DNA from: Octopus bimaculoides
Lineage: Eukaryota
Direction: 5' to 3'
DNA: 64,000 nucleotides
NCBI RefSeq assembly: GCF_001194135.2
Contig: NC_068984.1
Location: 124,592,732-124,656,731, forward strand
Shown: piece after piece, positions 48,919 through 61,454 of the stretch
Position numbering within the stretch: position 1 is the stretch's first letter
Layout: each line of letters begins with the position of its first letter
Position numbers and translations under genes: made by a program
Notes under the pieces: generated by a model
The model's database searches: none
Told to the model about the DNA's origin: nothing
Seen by the model: the letters and a program-made list of their open reading frames with translations, nothing else

Positions 48919-50258
48919 ACGGGTTGTATGGAATTTCTGATGTATATCCAGTGTACGATGATATCAGAGAGCTAATAACTGTGGATGATCTTTGCATTGG
49001 TTTCTAATCGAATCGTATAAATGTATGTATGTATATTTATGATTATACTATATGTTACATATATGTTATATCACACCTTGATACTGTGTAGACTAAGATC
49101 TCTGTTGACTGGCCGCTGGTATTTATAGAGTGTTAAACACTTTCGGTATGCCAAGAAGGGACTCCTTCATAGACTAACTGCCCTTTTTAATATTAAAATC
49201 TACATTCTTCCGGGTCGGTAAAATAAATACCACATGAGCACTGGTTTTGATGTAAGAAACTTACTCTCATCCTCTTATATTGCTGGTTTTTTCTCAAAAT
49301 TTGAAACCATAATTATTATTTAAATATTTAAGCAATTAACTAATTAATTAATGGTCGAGGGCACATATTGATGAGTTCGGGTGTGGCAGTGAACGGACTG
49401 ATTGTTCGATCAAATTTATAGTCAAACAGTTGTTAAATCACTTTTATTGGTTACTAATAGTATGTGTCGGTAGCTATTGCTTTTGGGGAATAGTTAACTG
49501 TACTTGTTATTCATTTTCATCCTCAAGCCATCCCTTAGAAGAAGGCGTTTTTCTGCCATCATCCTTTTCCCAGACACTATACTACATTCTCTATCGTACT
49601 TCTACTTGAAATGCTGCTAATACTTAGTCCTATGTTGCGTCGAGCTTGCCTACGATAAAAGGCAATTTGTCTTAAGCATCCCTTCTCTACATTATCGAAT
49701 TTATTCTCTTTGTAAAGCGGTAAAGTGTGAGTAAGGCAACAAATTGATGGAATAGTTTGAATCACTTGTCCTGACTCTCTGTCCTCTGAGTTCATCTTTG
49801 TCATCCTTAAGAGGTAAATAAAAACACTTACGTATTTAAGGTGGTTACTTGGTGAAACTGTCAGACAGTGGAGCAAGGGGCTTTGCTGTATCTGTTCCAG
49901 CACCTTGCATTTTCCCAGCAACATCTACGACTGGTGCCAAGATGCATTCGTTCAAATCGGTGACCCTTGTTCCAATAACAACGGTAGATTGTAGAAAGGA
50001 GACTTGCATGCATAGATACCAGTCAATTTTCCTAAAAAGGAAAATAATAATAATTGCTCTGGTCTACATGTTCAGATGAATAGCTAATTTAGACGAACGG
50101 AGACCCTTAAAATGTGTAATTCAAGAACATTTGGTTTCTATGTATTGGAAGGCAAATGACTATTTATAGCTATTTTCGTTGGTTCGTCCTTGTGAAATAG
50201 TTGGATACGATTTGAAAAGTATATGGCTGATATTTGTTAGTCGAACGACAATCTAGAA

Positions 50259-50508
50259 CAGTGTTTCTCAATCATTTTTAACCTATGAACCCTTTTGTTT
50301 CCTATTTAACTCGGATGGGCCCGCCAAACCATTCAATATTTAAAAAGTCCTATTATATTTTCATAATTAAATATAATTAGGAATTGTATAAAAGAAATAG
50401 TTAAAATATTCTGTGTATTGTATAAGAAATTTATTGCTGATAAATTTTAATAACAAATCGTATACGGACCCCCGCAAGGGCCATATGGACCCCTATTAAA
50501 AACCACTG
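50259..50508. mobile_element. hAT-type MITE, 250 bp
   Basis: TIRs cagtgtttctcaa / ttaaaaaccactg; 8-bp TSD atctagaa versus atctggag, fitting the NTCTAGAN hAT target. Confidence 0.75.
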
Positions 50509-50822
50509 ATCTGGAGGGCTGTCAGTTGTCGTTTCATGTCCCCTGTTCATTTTCTCCGTCTCACGTCGCAGGTGAGTGGGATATAAATGCAAATATATTG
50601 GACAATATATCATTGACAGACTCTCCGCTTGATAATGTTTTTGACACTCATTTACGTGTGGCCAAATCTTATATAGAGATTATCTTAAGAAGTAGCACAT
50701 TTAAATCATGGGGTTAGAAAATATAGAAATGCAAATATATGTATGGGTGTACACACGCACACCATTTCTTTTGGCTCATCATGAATAGCTGTCGTTATCA
50801 ATTTCCATCATTAGCACCAACG

Positions 50823-51660
50823 AAGGCAGCGAGCTGGCAGAAACGTTAGCACTCCGAGCGAAATGCTTAACGGTATTTCGTCTGCCGCTACTTTCTGAGT
50901 TCAAATTACACCGAGGTCGACCTTGCCTTTTAATCCTTTCGGGGTCGATTAAATAAGTACCAGTTGCGCACTGGGATCGATATAATCGACTTAATCCCTT
51001 TGTCTGTCCTTATTTGTCCCCTCTGTGTGTAGCCCTTGTGGGCAGTAAAAAAAATAAGAAACGTTAGTCGCTGGGTGAAATGCTTAGCAGTATTTCGTCT
51101 GTCTTTACGTTCTGAGTTCAAATTCCGCTGAGGTCGACTTTGCTTTCCATCCTTTTGAGGTCGATAAATTAAGTACCAGTTGCGTACTGGGGTCGATCTA
51201 ATCGACTGGTCCCCTCCCCAAAAATTTTGGGCTTTCTGCCTACAGTAGAAAAAAATCGTTAGTGCACTGGGCGAAATGCTTAGCGGTATTTCGTCTACCA
51301 CTATGTTCTGAGTTCAAATTCCGCCGAGGTCGACTTTGCCTTTCATCGTTTCGGGGTCGATAAATTAAGTACCGTTTGAGTACTGGGGTCCCCTACCCCA
51401 AATTTCAGACCTTGCGCCTATGGCAGAAAAGATTATTAGCACCAACGGAGGCGGTCAACTGGCAGAATGGTTAGCACGCCAGACAAAATACCGAACGTGC
51501 ATTACGTTCTGCGTTCGAATTCTGCCAAAGCCAACTTTACTTTTCATCTTATCGGGATCAATAAAAATAAGTACCAATCGAACACTGGGGTCGATGTAAT
51601 CGAGTAACCTCCTCCCCGCAGATTTCAGGCCTTGTGTCTATTGCAGAAAGGATTATTATT
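50823..51660 (+). mobile_element. Head-to-tail array of four SINE family A monomers (dimer plus two more)
   Basis: Units start near 50823, 51058, 51257 and 51447, each with the gagttcaaatt...gaggtcgactttg...ggggtcgat core. Confidence 0.92.
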
Positions 51661-51825
51661 GCCAACAACTTTATTAATGACAATTTTAATGATGATAAGC
51701 ATAAATATCATATTACTTGTTAACGTTTTCCTACGTTAAAATTAGTTCGCGTTTGAGTTAGAGCATTTTATACGTTATGGCCGCTCACGCTTGCAGCCTT
51801 ACAAGTACATTTATATAGAAATATA

Positions 51826-52047
51826 TTACTCTTTACTCTTTTACTCTTTTATTTGTTTCAGTCATTTGACTGCGGCCATGCTGGAGCACCGCCTTTAGTC
51901 GAGCAAATCGACCCCGGGACTTATTCTTTGTAAGCCTAGTACTTATTCTATCGGTCTCTCCCGCCGAAAGGCTAAGTTACGGGGACGTAAACAGACCAGC
52001 ATTCGTTGTGAAGCGATGTTGGGGGGGGGGACAAACACAAACACACA
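51826..52047 (-). mobile_element. SINE family B, 3' half
   Basis: tactcttttactctttt...cagtcatttgactgcggccatgctggagcaccgcctttagtcgagcaaatcgacccc...ggggacgtaaac. Confidence 0.92.
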
Positions 52048-54399
52048 NNNNNNNNNNNNNNNNNNNNNNNNNNNNNNNNNNNNNNNNNNNNNNNNNNNNN
52101 NNNNNNNNNNNNNNNNNNNNNNNNNNNNNNNNNNNNNNNNNNNNNNNNNNNNNNNNNNNNNNNNNNNNNNNNNNNNNNNNNNNNNNNNNNNNNNNNNNNN
52201 NNNNNNNNNNNNNNNNNNNNNNNNNNNNNNNNNNNNNNNNNNNNNNNNNNNNNNNNNNNNNNNNNNNNNNNNNNNNNNNNNNNNNNNNNNNNNNNNNNNN
52301 NNNNNNNNNNNNNNNNNNNNNNNNNNNNNNNNNNNNNNNNNNNNNNNNNNNNNNNNNNNNNNNNNNNNNNNNNNNNNNNNNNNNNNNNNNNNNNNNNNNN
52401 NNNNNNNNNNNNNNNNNNNNNNNNNNNNNNNNNNNNNNNNNNNNNNNNNNNNNNNNNNNNNNNNNNNNNNNNNNNNNNNNNNNNNNNNNNNNNNNNNNNN
52501 NNNNNNNNNNNNNNNNNNNNNNNNNNNNNNNNNNNNNNNNNNNNNNNNNNNNNNNNNNNNNNNNNNNNNNNNNNNNNNNNNNNNNNNNNNNNNNNNNNNN
52601 NNNNNNNNNNNNNNNNNNNNNNNNNNNNNNNNNNNNNNNNNNNNNNNNNNNNNNNNNNNNNNNNNNNNNNNNNNNNNNNNNNNNNNNNNNNNNNNNNNNN
52701 NNNNNNNNNNNNNNNNNNNNNNNNNNNNNNNNNNNNNNNNNNNNNNNNNNNNNNNNNNNNNNNNNNNNNNNNNNNNNNNNNNNNNNNNNNNNNNNNNNNN
52801 NNNNNNNNNNNNNNNNNNNNNNNNNNNNNNNNNNNNNNNNNNNNNNNNNNNNNNNNNNNNNNNNNNNNNNNNNNNNNNNNNNNNNNNNNNNNNNNNNNNN
52901 NNNNNNNNNNNNNNNNNNNNNNNNNNNNNNNNNNNNNNNNNNNNNNNNNNNNNNNNNNNNNNNNNNNNNNNNNNNNNNNNNNNNNNNNNNNNNNNNNNNN
53001 NNNNNNNNNNNNNNNNNNNNNNNNNNNNNNNNNNNNNNNNNNNNNAACAACAACAACAACAACAGCAACAACATCATTAGACTAACTCCACGAACATGAT
53101 CCCACGATCATCACAAATCTCTAACACGATGAACGCCACCAACATTATCACTAACAGAGAACCACCACCACCACAGCAACAATAAACACCTACCACCACC
53201 AACAACAACAACCAGCAAACACCAGCAGCACCTCCATCATCATCATCATCATCATTATCATCATCATCATCACTTGCACCAGAATCAGTAGAAAAATTAA
53301 TAAGATCCTTGTCCTGCGCACACACGCACCACGACATAAACTCCCTTTCTCACCAACGTCACTTTCTCTGTCTCTGTCTCTGTCCATCCCCCTTTCTTTC
53401 TCTTCCTCCCTCTTTCACTCTCTATCTCTCTAACCCACCCAGGTCACTCTGTAAACCTATACAATATGACCAATAAAAATACCTCTTGCCCGCCGTTCAT
53501 TCTCCCGAGTCATTATAGTATTTATTGCTTTATAGCAAATATATAATACCCACTTCGTTAGGTTCTTAAAACTCCCTACCATCCTTCGTTTACTTTATCT
53601 TCAGCTATTTCCGCGTGGTTTGAAATATCAACCTTATAGTTTTATAATATGGCTTATGAAAATTCTTGACGATTAGCTAACAAATCATTTTACGACATCT
53701 TTTTTTTTCTTTTTTTTGGTGGGTATTTAGGTTTTTATGCGGCGTCTGGAGGAGAGGAATGTGTCTATATTGGTTGATATGTGTGTGTGTGTGTGTGTGT
53801 GTGCGTGCGTGTTTGTGCGTGCGTGTGTGTGTGCGTGTTTGTGTGTGAGTTTGTGTGTGTGTGTATGTGCGTGTATCTATATCTAAGTCTCTCTCTTTCT
53901 CTCCCTACACACACATATATTATGTATGAATGTATGTATGTATGTATGTATGTTGCTTCAATTTTTTAATTTCGTATTATAAATCTTCAACTGAGGAGGG
54001 TGCCGGTTTCCAACAAAGATTCAAGGTTCCATCTTTGGAATGTAGTTAACACAAACAAATTCACATTTGGAACTTGAGAAAAGTTTTGNNNNNNNNNNNN
54101 NNNNNNNNNNNNNNNNNNNNNNNNNNNNNNNNNNNNNNNNNNNNNNNNNNNNNNNNNNNNNNNNNNNNNNNNNNNNNNNNNNNNNNNNNNNNNNNNNNNN
54201 NNNNNNNNNNNNNNNNNNNNNNNNNNNNNNNNNNNNNNNNNNNNNNNNNNNNNNNNNNNNNNNNNNNNNNNNNNNNNNNNNNNNNNNNNNNNNNNNNNNN
54301 NNNNNNNNNNNNNNNNNNNNNNNNNNNNNNTATATATATATATATATATATATAAGTAGAATTATATATATAAGTAGTATTAGCGGTTATAATAACTGA

Positions 54400-54790
54400 C
54401 TAAGGGATAAAAAAATCCATATATACGACCGGTATCAGTTAACCGTGTTATCTCTGGGCATGAGTATGCAGAAACACTATGCTCTTAGAGTACAGGTAAC
54501 AACAGAATAAACAAAATTTTATCAGGAATCAAATATAAATAATCAGAAAATGGAGAAAACCGCAGATCAACAAACAAATCAAATGGACAACATCTATAGC
54601 TTATTATTTAATACAAAACATGGCATAACATTTATGTGACATAACAATTCTTACGGCCGTTTCCGCTTCCGATGCCAGTCAGCGTCTACAAAAGAATTGT
54701 GAAAATATTCTTCATCTTCATAGGATATTTTAACTTGAACATGGTGCTTCATCAGAGCGAATAAAAAAGCGTCCAAAATAAACAAAATAA
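54400..54790 (-). mobile_element. Penelope-like fragment
   Basis: Minus strand ctgactggcatcggaagcggaaacggccgta (54652-54682) has a palindromic stem III and GUA triplet; ctgatgaagc at ~54745-54754. Confidence 0.45.
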
Positions 54791-55276
54791 AAAGGGAATA
54801 GGAAAGAAAACATGGCCTAGAGAAGAAGTCTTGAGGCTTAATATATTAAATCATGCAATCTTCCATCACAGGGCTTCGAAGTCCGTAGGTAAAAGAATGA
54901 TCTAGCAATGGTCTAAGGGAAAACATTTTTTCGGGTTATTTCCATATAAAGGAGGAACCAAGATGTTTTAAAATTTCTTCAACGTAAGCTATTAACCACT
55001 TCTAAATTAGTGGAGTAGAATAATTAGTTCATCTCTCGTAGACTATTTATTTCGGTGTGTCAAGAAGAAATATACATATACATACATACATAAATACATA
55101 TCCATGCATACATACATTCATACATACATACATACATACATACATACATACATACATCACTCACGCACATTTATATATAAAACACTTTGTATATATTATG
55201 TATATTACTTACATTCTTCATTATTTAGGCATATATTCTATACAGTTTTATGAATGATATTAGCATATAAATACAT

Positions 55277-55307
<31 letters not shown>

Positions 55308-55563
55308 TGAGAGACAGAGGGATCTGTATGTATGCAAATATATGTACTTGTATATATGCATATATATGTATATACATACATACATATATATATATACACA
55401 CATACTTATATGAGTGTGTGTGTGTGTGGGCGCATGTGCATGTTTGTGTATGTGTGTGTGTGTTGTCAAATAATTAACGCTTTCTCAAATGACATGATTG
55501 CAGTGAGGATGCTAAGTGGAAACTGAGTAAGAAAATGTGAGATGGGTGTGTTGTGGTCTATAT

Positions 55564-55678
<115 letters not shown>

Positions 55679-55994
55679 CATGTTTGTGCGTGCGTGTGTC
55701 TGTGTATATGCGTCTGTTCTCGGTTGATGTAGTGAATCTTTGAGGGAGTGGGGACAGGCTACGAAGTTAAATGAATGGAAATGATAGAAAGAGATACGGG
55801 TAAGTTATATATTGCATTGATAGAAAGTAAAATGAGGGTGGAAGAATTAAACCACGTGTGAGATAGATGCGGTTGATGTTCAGTATGACATGCTGTATGC
55901 AGACTGAAGTGTTTGGGTTAGGCTAAGCGGCCAATTTTATCATCTCAGGCAGCAAATACGGCTTAGTGACGCGCTATCGTTGTAATCCACGGTG

Positions 55995-56041
55995 CAGGTT
56001 GTGGTGACGATAATGATAATGATGATGATGCCGATGACGAC

Positions 56042-56077
<36 letters not shown>

Positions 56078-56148
56078 AATAATGATGATGATGATAATGA
56101 TGATGATGATGATGAGGAGGAGGAGGAGGAGGAGGAGGAGGAGGAGGG

Positions 56149-56185
<37 letters not shown>

Positions 56186-56237
56186 CATGATGCCGATGAC
56201 GACGATGATGATAATGATGGTGATGATGAGGATGATA

Positions 56238-56274
<37 letters not shown>

Positions 56275-56427
56275 GGATGATGATGATGATGATGATGAAC
56301 ATGATGGTAGTGGTGATGGTAGTAGTGATTGTGATGGTATTTTTGGTAGATACGATAATGATGATGATAATGATGAGATTGATGATGACGATGACGATGA
56401 TGATGATAGTGATAGTAATAGTAGTAA

Positions 56428-56465
<38 letters not shown>

Positions 56466-56581
56466 ATAGCAGCAACAGCTGCAGTAGCAGCAGCTGCAGC
56501 AGCAGCAGCAGCAGCAGAAGCAGCANNNNNNNNNNTAGCAGCAGCTGCAGCAGCAGCAGCAGCAGCAGAAGCAGCAGCAGC

Positions 56582-56642
<61 letters not shown>

Positions 56643-56930
56643 ATGACGTTTGTAATTGACGGCGGTAATGATAACAGAACAGATGTAGACGTTGGTTTTC
56701 TTTTGCTCTGCCCACTTTCCACGCTGACCTAACAGACGAGTTTCAAGGAATCGTATCTTTTATGCTGTCAGAGTATATCTAAGAAGCGATTGTCATTTGC
56801 TGGAATGATGATGGTGATCATGTTGATGGTGTTGATGATGATGCTGACAATGTAATTGTCGTTGATGATAGTGGTGTTGGTGATGACAGAGGAGATGGTT
56901 ATAACGAATATGATAGTAATGATGACGAAA
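55995..56930. repeat. Mixed trinucleotide block: (GAT), (GAG), (GTA), (GCA)
   Basis: Direct inspection. Confidence 0.9.
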
Positions 56931-56934
56931 ACTG

Positions 56935-57640
56935 CAGGCAGGGCCCAGTTAGAATTTACTTGAGGTCGAGTAGGGATGCTTGTTGTTGGCACTCCGTCGC
57001 TTACGACGTCGAGGGTTCCAGTTGATCCAATCAACGGAACAGCCTGCTCGTGAAATTAACGTGCAAGTGGCTGAATACTCCACAGACACGTGTACCCTTA
57101 ACGTAGTTCTCAGGGAGATTCAGCGTGACGCAGTGTGACAAGGCTGATCCTTTGAATTACAGGCACAACAGAAACAGGAAGTAAGAGTGAGAGAAAGTTG
57201 TGGTGAAAGAGTACAGCAGGGTTCGCCACCATCCCCTGCCGGAGCTTCGTGGAACTTTAGGTGTTTTCGCTTAATAAACACTCAAAACGCCCGGTCTGGG
57301 AATCGAAACCGCGATCCTATGACCGCGAGTCCGCTGCCCTAACCACTGGGCCATTCCGCCTCCACAGGGATGCTTAATAATGCTGAAATAAGGATGCTTA
57401 AGGATGTTGAACGCAACACCTATGTTTCGAGAGGTGAACTATTCAAACGCTAAAGAATTCCTCTCTGCACATGGCTAAGATGTTCCCCCACCCCTTCTGC
57501 TCTTGAACAGAGATGTACATATCGTCAGCCACCAAGGGACATGCTCAACGGGTTAAGGTCTAAAAGCTGACAGACAAATCTGAGGGATCGAGCAGAATAT
57601 TTGCTGTTGCCCATCTTTTATACCAAGACAAAACAACGAA
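56935..57640 (-). mobile_element. Family D retroposon segment, split by a SINE C insertion
   Basis: Reverse complement matches 27750-28030 (gcaaatattctgc...gttgagcatgtcc...gaggaattcttt...attctaactggg) on both sides of the SINE. Confidence 0.7.
56982..57365 (-). mobile_element. Full-length SINE family C with 10-bp TSD
   Basis: Head gtggaggcggaatggcccagtggttag, tail gacggagtgccaacaac; TSD agggatgctt at 56972-56981 and 57366-57375. Confidence 0.95.
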
Positions 57641-58164
57641 CATGATAACACTTCCCATCAGTTCAGATCAAAAGCCAAGACAGTCATTTCCTGCTTCTGC
57701 ATTCTTCTTGTTGATGTTGTTGTTGTTGTTGTTGTTGCTCTTTTTCTTCTTCTTCTTCTTCTTCTTCTTCTTCTTCTTCTTCTTCTTCTTCTTCTTCTTC
57801 TTCTTCTTCTTCTTCTTCTTCTTCTTCTTCTTCNNNNNNNNNNNNNNNNNNNNNNNNNNNNNNNNNNNNNNNNNNNNNNNNNNNNNNNNNNNNNNNNNNN
57901 NNNNNNNNNNNNNNNNNNNNNNNNNNNNNNNNNNNNNNNNNNNNNNNNNNNNNNNNNNNNNNNNNNNNNNNNNNNNNNNNNNNNNNNNNNNNNNNNNNNN
58001 NNNNNNNNNNNNNNNNNNNNNNNNNNNNNNNNNNNNNNNNNNNNNNNNNNNNNNNNNNNNNNNNNNNNNNNNNNNNNNNNNNNNNNNNNNNNNNNNNNNN
58101 NNNNNNNNNNNNNNNNNNNNNNNNNNNNNNNNNNNNNNNNNNNNNNNNNNNNNNNNNNNNNNNN

Positions 58165-58445
58165 GAAACTGAAAGAAGCCCGTCGTATATCTGTATCTAT
58201 ATATATGTGTATGTGTGTATATGTGTGTGTGTCTATATGTCTGCGTCTGTCCCCCACCCCACCGCTTGACAACCGGTGTTAGTGTGTTTGCGTGCCTGTA
58301 ACCTGACGGTTCGGCCTAAGCGACCGATAGAATAAGTACCAAGCTTAAAAAATAAGTTTTGTGATCGAGTCTTTCGACCAAAAAAAATCAAGGCGGTGCC
58401 CCAGCACGGCTACAGTCTAATGACTTCAACAAGTAAATGATAAAA
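58165..58445 (+). mobile_element. SINE family B, middle and 3' part
   Basis: gaaactgaaagaagcccgtcg, internal TA/TG microsatellite, cgcttgacaaccggtg...aggcggtgccccagcacggc. Confidence 0.85.
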
Positions 58446-58464
58446 GAGAAAAAAGATCCGAGAA

Positions 58465-58590
58465 GGCCGTCAATTTTGGGTAGTGGGGATATGTCGATTA
58501 CAACGACTCCAGTGCATAACTGGTACTTATTTCATCGAAAGGATGAAAGGCAATGTCAACCTCGGCGGAATTTGAACTCAGAACGGGAAG
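58465..58590 (-). mobile_element. SINE family A fragment
   Basis: gtcgattac...ccagtgcataactggtacttattt...aaggatgaaaggcaa...acctcggcggaatttgaactcagaacg. Confidence 0.8.
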
Positions 58591-58609
58591 ATGGACTTGC
58601 GGAGTACTC

Positions 58610-58700
58610 AACCACTTTCACGTTAATTTCACGATCAGACTGTTCTGTTAATCGGATCAACTGGAACTTTCGTCATCGTAACCGACGGAATGCCAATCTA
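58610..58700 (+). mobile_element. SINE family C 3' fragment
   Basis: cactttcacgttaatttcacga...gatcggatcaactggaac...cgtcatcgtaaccgacggaatgccaa. Confidence 0.75.
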
Positions 58701-59317
58701 GTTTCATTGAAGAGTAGTAACTCTTTAATCAGGACAGATTTCTTCATTGATTGTTTCCAAGCCAACACTAAACTCTCTTTCAAATAGCCGTTAAGCAACC
58801 ACTTCCGCTCGTCACGCTGGTTTGTCTACACATCATTATATGGATTAGAGTTAATTCGCTCACCTATTATTGTGTACATACGTTAAGCCTATTACCAACA
58901 ACACATAGAAATGCTTCGACATACATACATACATACATCGGATAACTACAGAAGGTTGTTTCGAAACCTTCAGCTTCTATGCTCATATTGTAAAGTCACA
59001 TTTATATACCAATGATAACTAGTGCACTTGGCTTTGTTCATAAATGCCAAAGTGACAATCTAGGAAAGCAAACATAAGTTAACCAGTTAACACTCACGTT
59101 GCGAATAGACTGTAAAAGGAACAGTAAAAATATGCAAGACTTTTCACTTGTTCAAAATGAGCCATTGATTTTGTTACCTACATTCCAACGATAGAACTTC
59201 GTATCTTTGTTAGAGACTAGTTCCTTCTTTACAGGAGAACTTCAAATAGTTAAAAATAGAAAAGAAAATATACACCCATAATGACTACTGAAAACAACTG
59301 TAAGCCAAATTTCATGT

Positions 59318-59394
<77 letters not shown>

Positions 59395-59519
59395 GTGTGT
59401 GTATTTGGGGATGTGTGTGTGTATATGTGTGTATATGTGTGTTTATGTGCGTATATAAATGTATATTTTATTTTACTTGTTTCAGTCATTTGAGTGCGGC
59501 CATGCTGGAGCACCACCCA

Positions 59520-59655
59520 TATAGCCACATACGTGCTCTCCTTGGACTATTTTTTCCTTCTCCTATTTCTGACGAAAACACATGCTCGAAACGTTACATC
59601 TCTTTGTCCTTTGAACCTTCTTGTTTTGTTTTTATTTCTATTTTCGATTTGCCTG
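59520..59655 (+). mobile_element. Penelope-like fragment with hammerhead-like core
   Basis: atttctgacgaaaacacatgctcgaaacgtta at 59565-59596, homologous to 29975-30006. Confidence 0.55.
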
Positions 59656-60829
59656 TATATATATATATATATATANNNNNNNNNNNNNNNNNNNNNNNNN
59701 NNNNNNNNNNNNNNNNNNNNNNNNNNNNNNNNNNNNNNNNNNNNNNNNNNNNNNNNNNNNNNNNNNNNNNNNNNNNNNNNNNNNNNNNNNNNNNNNNNNN
59801 NNNNNNNNNNNNNNNNNNNNNNNNNNNNNNNNNNNNNNNNNNNNNNNNNNNNNNNNNNNNNNNNNNNNNNNNNNNNNNNNNNNNNNNNNNNNNNNNNNNN
59901 NNNNNNNNNNNNNNNNNNNNNNNNNNNNNNNNNNNNNNNNNNNNNNNNNNNNNNNNNNNNNNNNNNNNNNNNNNNNNNNNNNNNNNNNNNNNNNNNNNNN
60001 NNNNNNNNNNNNNNNNNNNNNNNNNNNNNNNNNNNNNNNNNNNNNNNNNNNNNNNNNNTGAACTAGACTAGTTTCGTCAGTTTATCGCCGACTCATTCGG
60101 CAATGTCTATCCCCATTGCTCAGATGATTCAGTTCTACTCCACTCTTATGCCGATCTATCATTCACTAACTTACAAAGTGTACTATGTGCATTTTATCGT
60201 CAAACCATAAACCTTTCTGTTTAAGTTATCTCCATCCTCCCAAGGATCCGTAACACATAAGAGAAACTGATAACAAAGAGGCTGAAAAAATAGAGAGTGT
60301 GAATGAGTGTGATGCAAGGAGCGATTGTGCGCTCGTTGGTTCGATTGCTGGACTGGCTAGCGCGTTATTTGTGAAGATGCGTAGCCCTAGTGGTTACGGT
60401 GTTGGATTCTTGATCATATGACCTATTCCTGGACTGAGTGAAAAACTCTCTTTGAACAAGACATCACATTGTATAGCATTTCAGTTTATGTAGCTGATAA
60501 TTAAGCTGTCTCAACACATACACACACACACACACACACACTCTCTCTCTCTCTCTCTTTCTCACTTTCCATCTTTTACATTCTCGATATTCTGCAGGAC
60601 GGGGGAGAAAAGGACCAAGAATTTAGCTCTTTCTGCTCGTGACTATTCAAGCACCTAAAACAGTCAACGAAAGCGTGGTACACCGTACCAAGCATTTCAC
60701 CCTTCTGCATCGTTATAATAAAGTAGCAATCAAGTACCGGTATCGATGATATCGTCATACACCCTCCTTATAAAACCAATGGCCTGGCCCCTAAATCTGA
60801 AGCCATTGTATAACATGGTGAGCTAGCAT

Positions 60830-61030
60830 AATAACCATTAGTGACGGAGAAAAGACGCAATGTGGTATTTATTCCGGCCGTATATTTTGAGTTCGGTCAC
60901 CACCGATGTCATCTTTGCGTTTCATTTATCCTGGGTCGATAACATAGAGTGCCAATCAAATAACAGGATCAACGATACCGGCTGCTTTGTCCCTCAAAAT
61001 TGCTGGTCTTGTGCCTAAATTAGAAACTAT
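60830..61030 (+). mobile_element. SINE family A, strongly diverged
   Basis: ttttgagttc...ccgatgtcatctttgcgtttcattt...gggtcgataa...tgctggtcttgtgcctaaattagaaac. Confidence 0.6.
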
Positions 61031-61059
61031 TAACGTTATTAATAGTGTTAGTTAGATTA

Positions 61060-61454
61060 GTGCGGAGGCGCAATGGCCCAGTGGTTAGGGCAGCGGACTC
61101 GCAGTCATAGGATCGCGGTTTCGATTCCCAGACCGGGCGTTGTGAGTGTTTATTGAGCGAAAATACCTAAAGTTCCACGAGGCTCTGGCAGGGGCTGGTG
61201 GCGAACCCTGCTGTACTCTTTCACCACAACTTTCTCTCACTCTTACTTCCTGTTTCTGTTGTGCCTGTAATTCAAAGGGTTAGTCTTGTCACACTGTGTC
61301 ACGCTGAATATCCCCGAGAACTACGTTAAGGGTACACGTGTCTGTGGAGTGCTCAGTCACTTGCACGTTAATTTCACGAGCAGGCTGTTCCGTTGATCGG
61401 ATCAACTGGAACCCTCGACGTCGTAAGCGACGGAGTGACAACACCACCAACAAC
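61060..61454 (+). mobile_element. Full-length SINE family C with 10-bp TSD
   Basis: tRNA-like A box tggcccagtgg and B box ggtttcgattcc; tail gacggagtgacaacaccaccaacaac; TSD agttagatta at 61050-61059 and 61455-61464. Confidence 0.95.

Larger units (their letters stand above)
47325..49025 (+). repeat. Local duplicated segments (47325-47592, 48605-48820, 48913-49025)
   Basis: tattacaattgtcaag.gaaactgagtaa.aattggtgaagaataatttc.gctttaataaa occurs twice; tatggaatttctgatgtatatccagt occurs three times. Confidence 0.85.

Noticed and set aside
56470-56590. Direct duplication of gcagcagctgcagcagc...gaagcagca across a 10-N gap (similar at 23745-23830)
   Set aside because: Most likely unmerged overlapping contig ends
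55940-56732. Poly-Met, poly-Ile, poly-Ala and poly-Leu ORFs (also 37178-38946, 41017-42404)
   Set aside because: Pure trinucleotide repeats open in several frames on both strands, with no splice or homology support
60540-60760. Strong pyrimidine tract with cag| at 60597 and a minus-strand 60-aa ORF
   Set aside because: All three plus frames close within 20 codons, the tract derives from a (CT)n repeat, and the ORF has no recognisable motif
61060-61135. tRNA genes at SINE heads (also 14093, 40189, 57290-57365)
   Set aside because: A and B boxes are present, but the sequence continues into SINE bodies with tails and TSDs and no complete cloverleaf is evident
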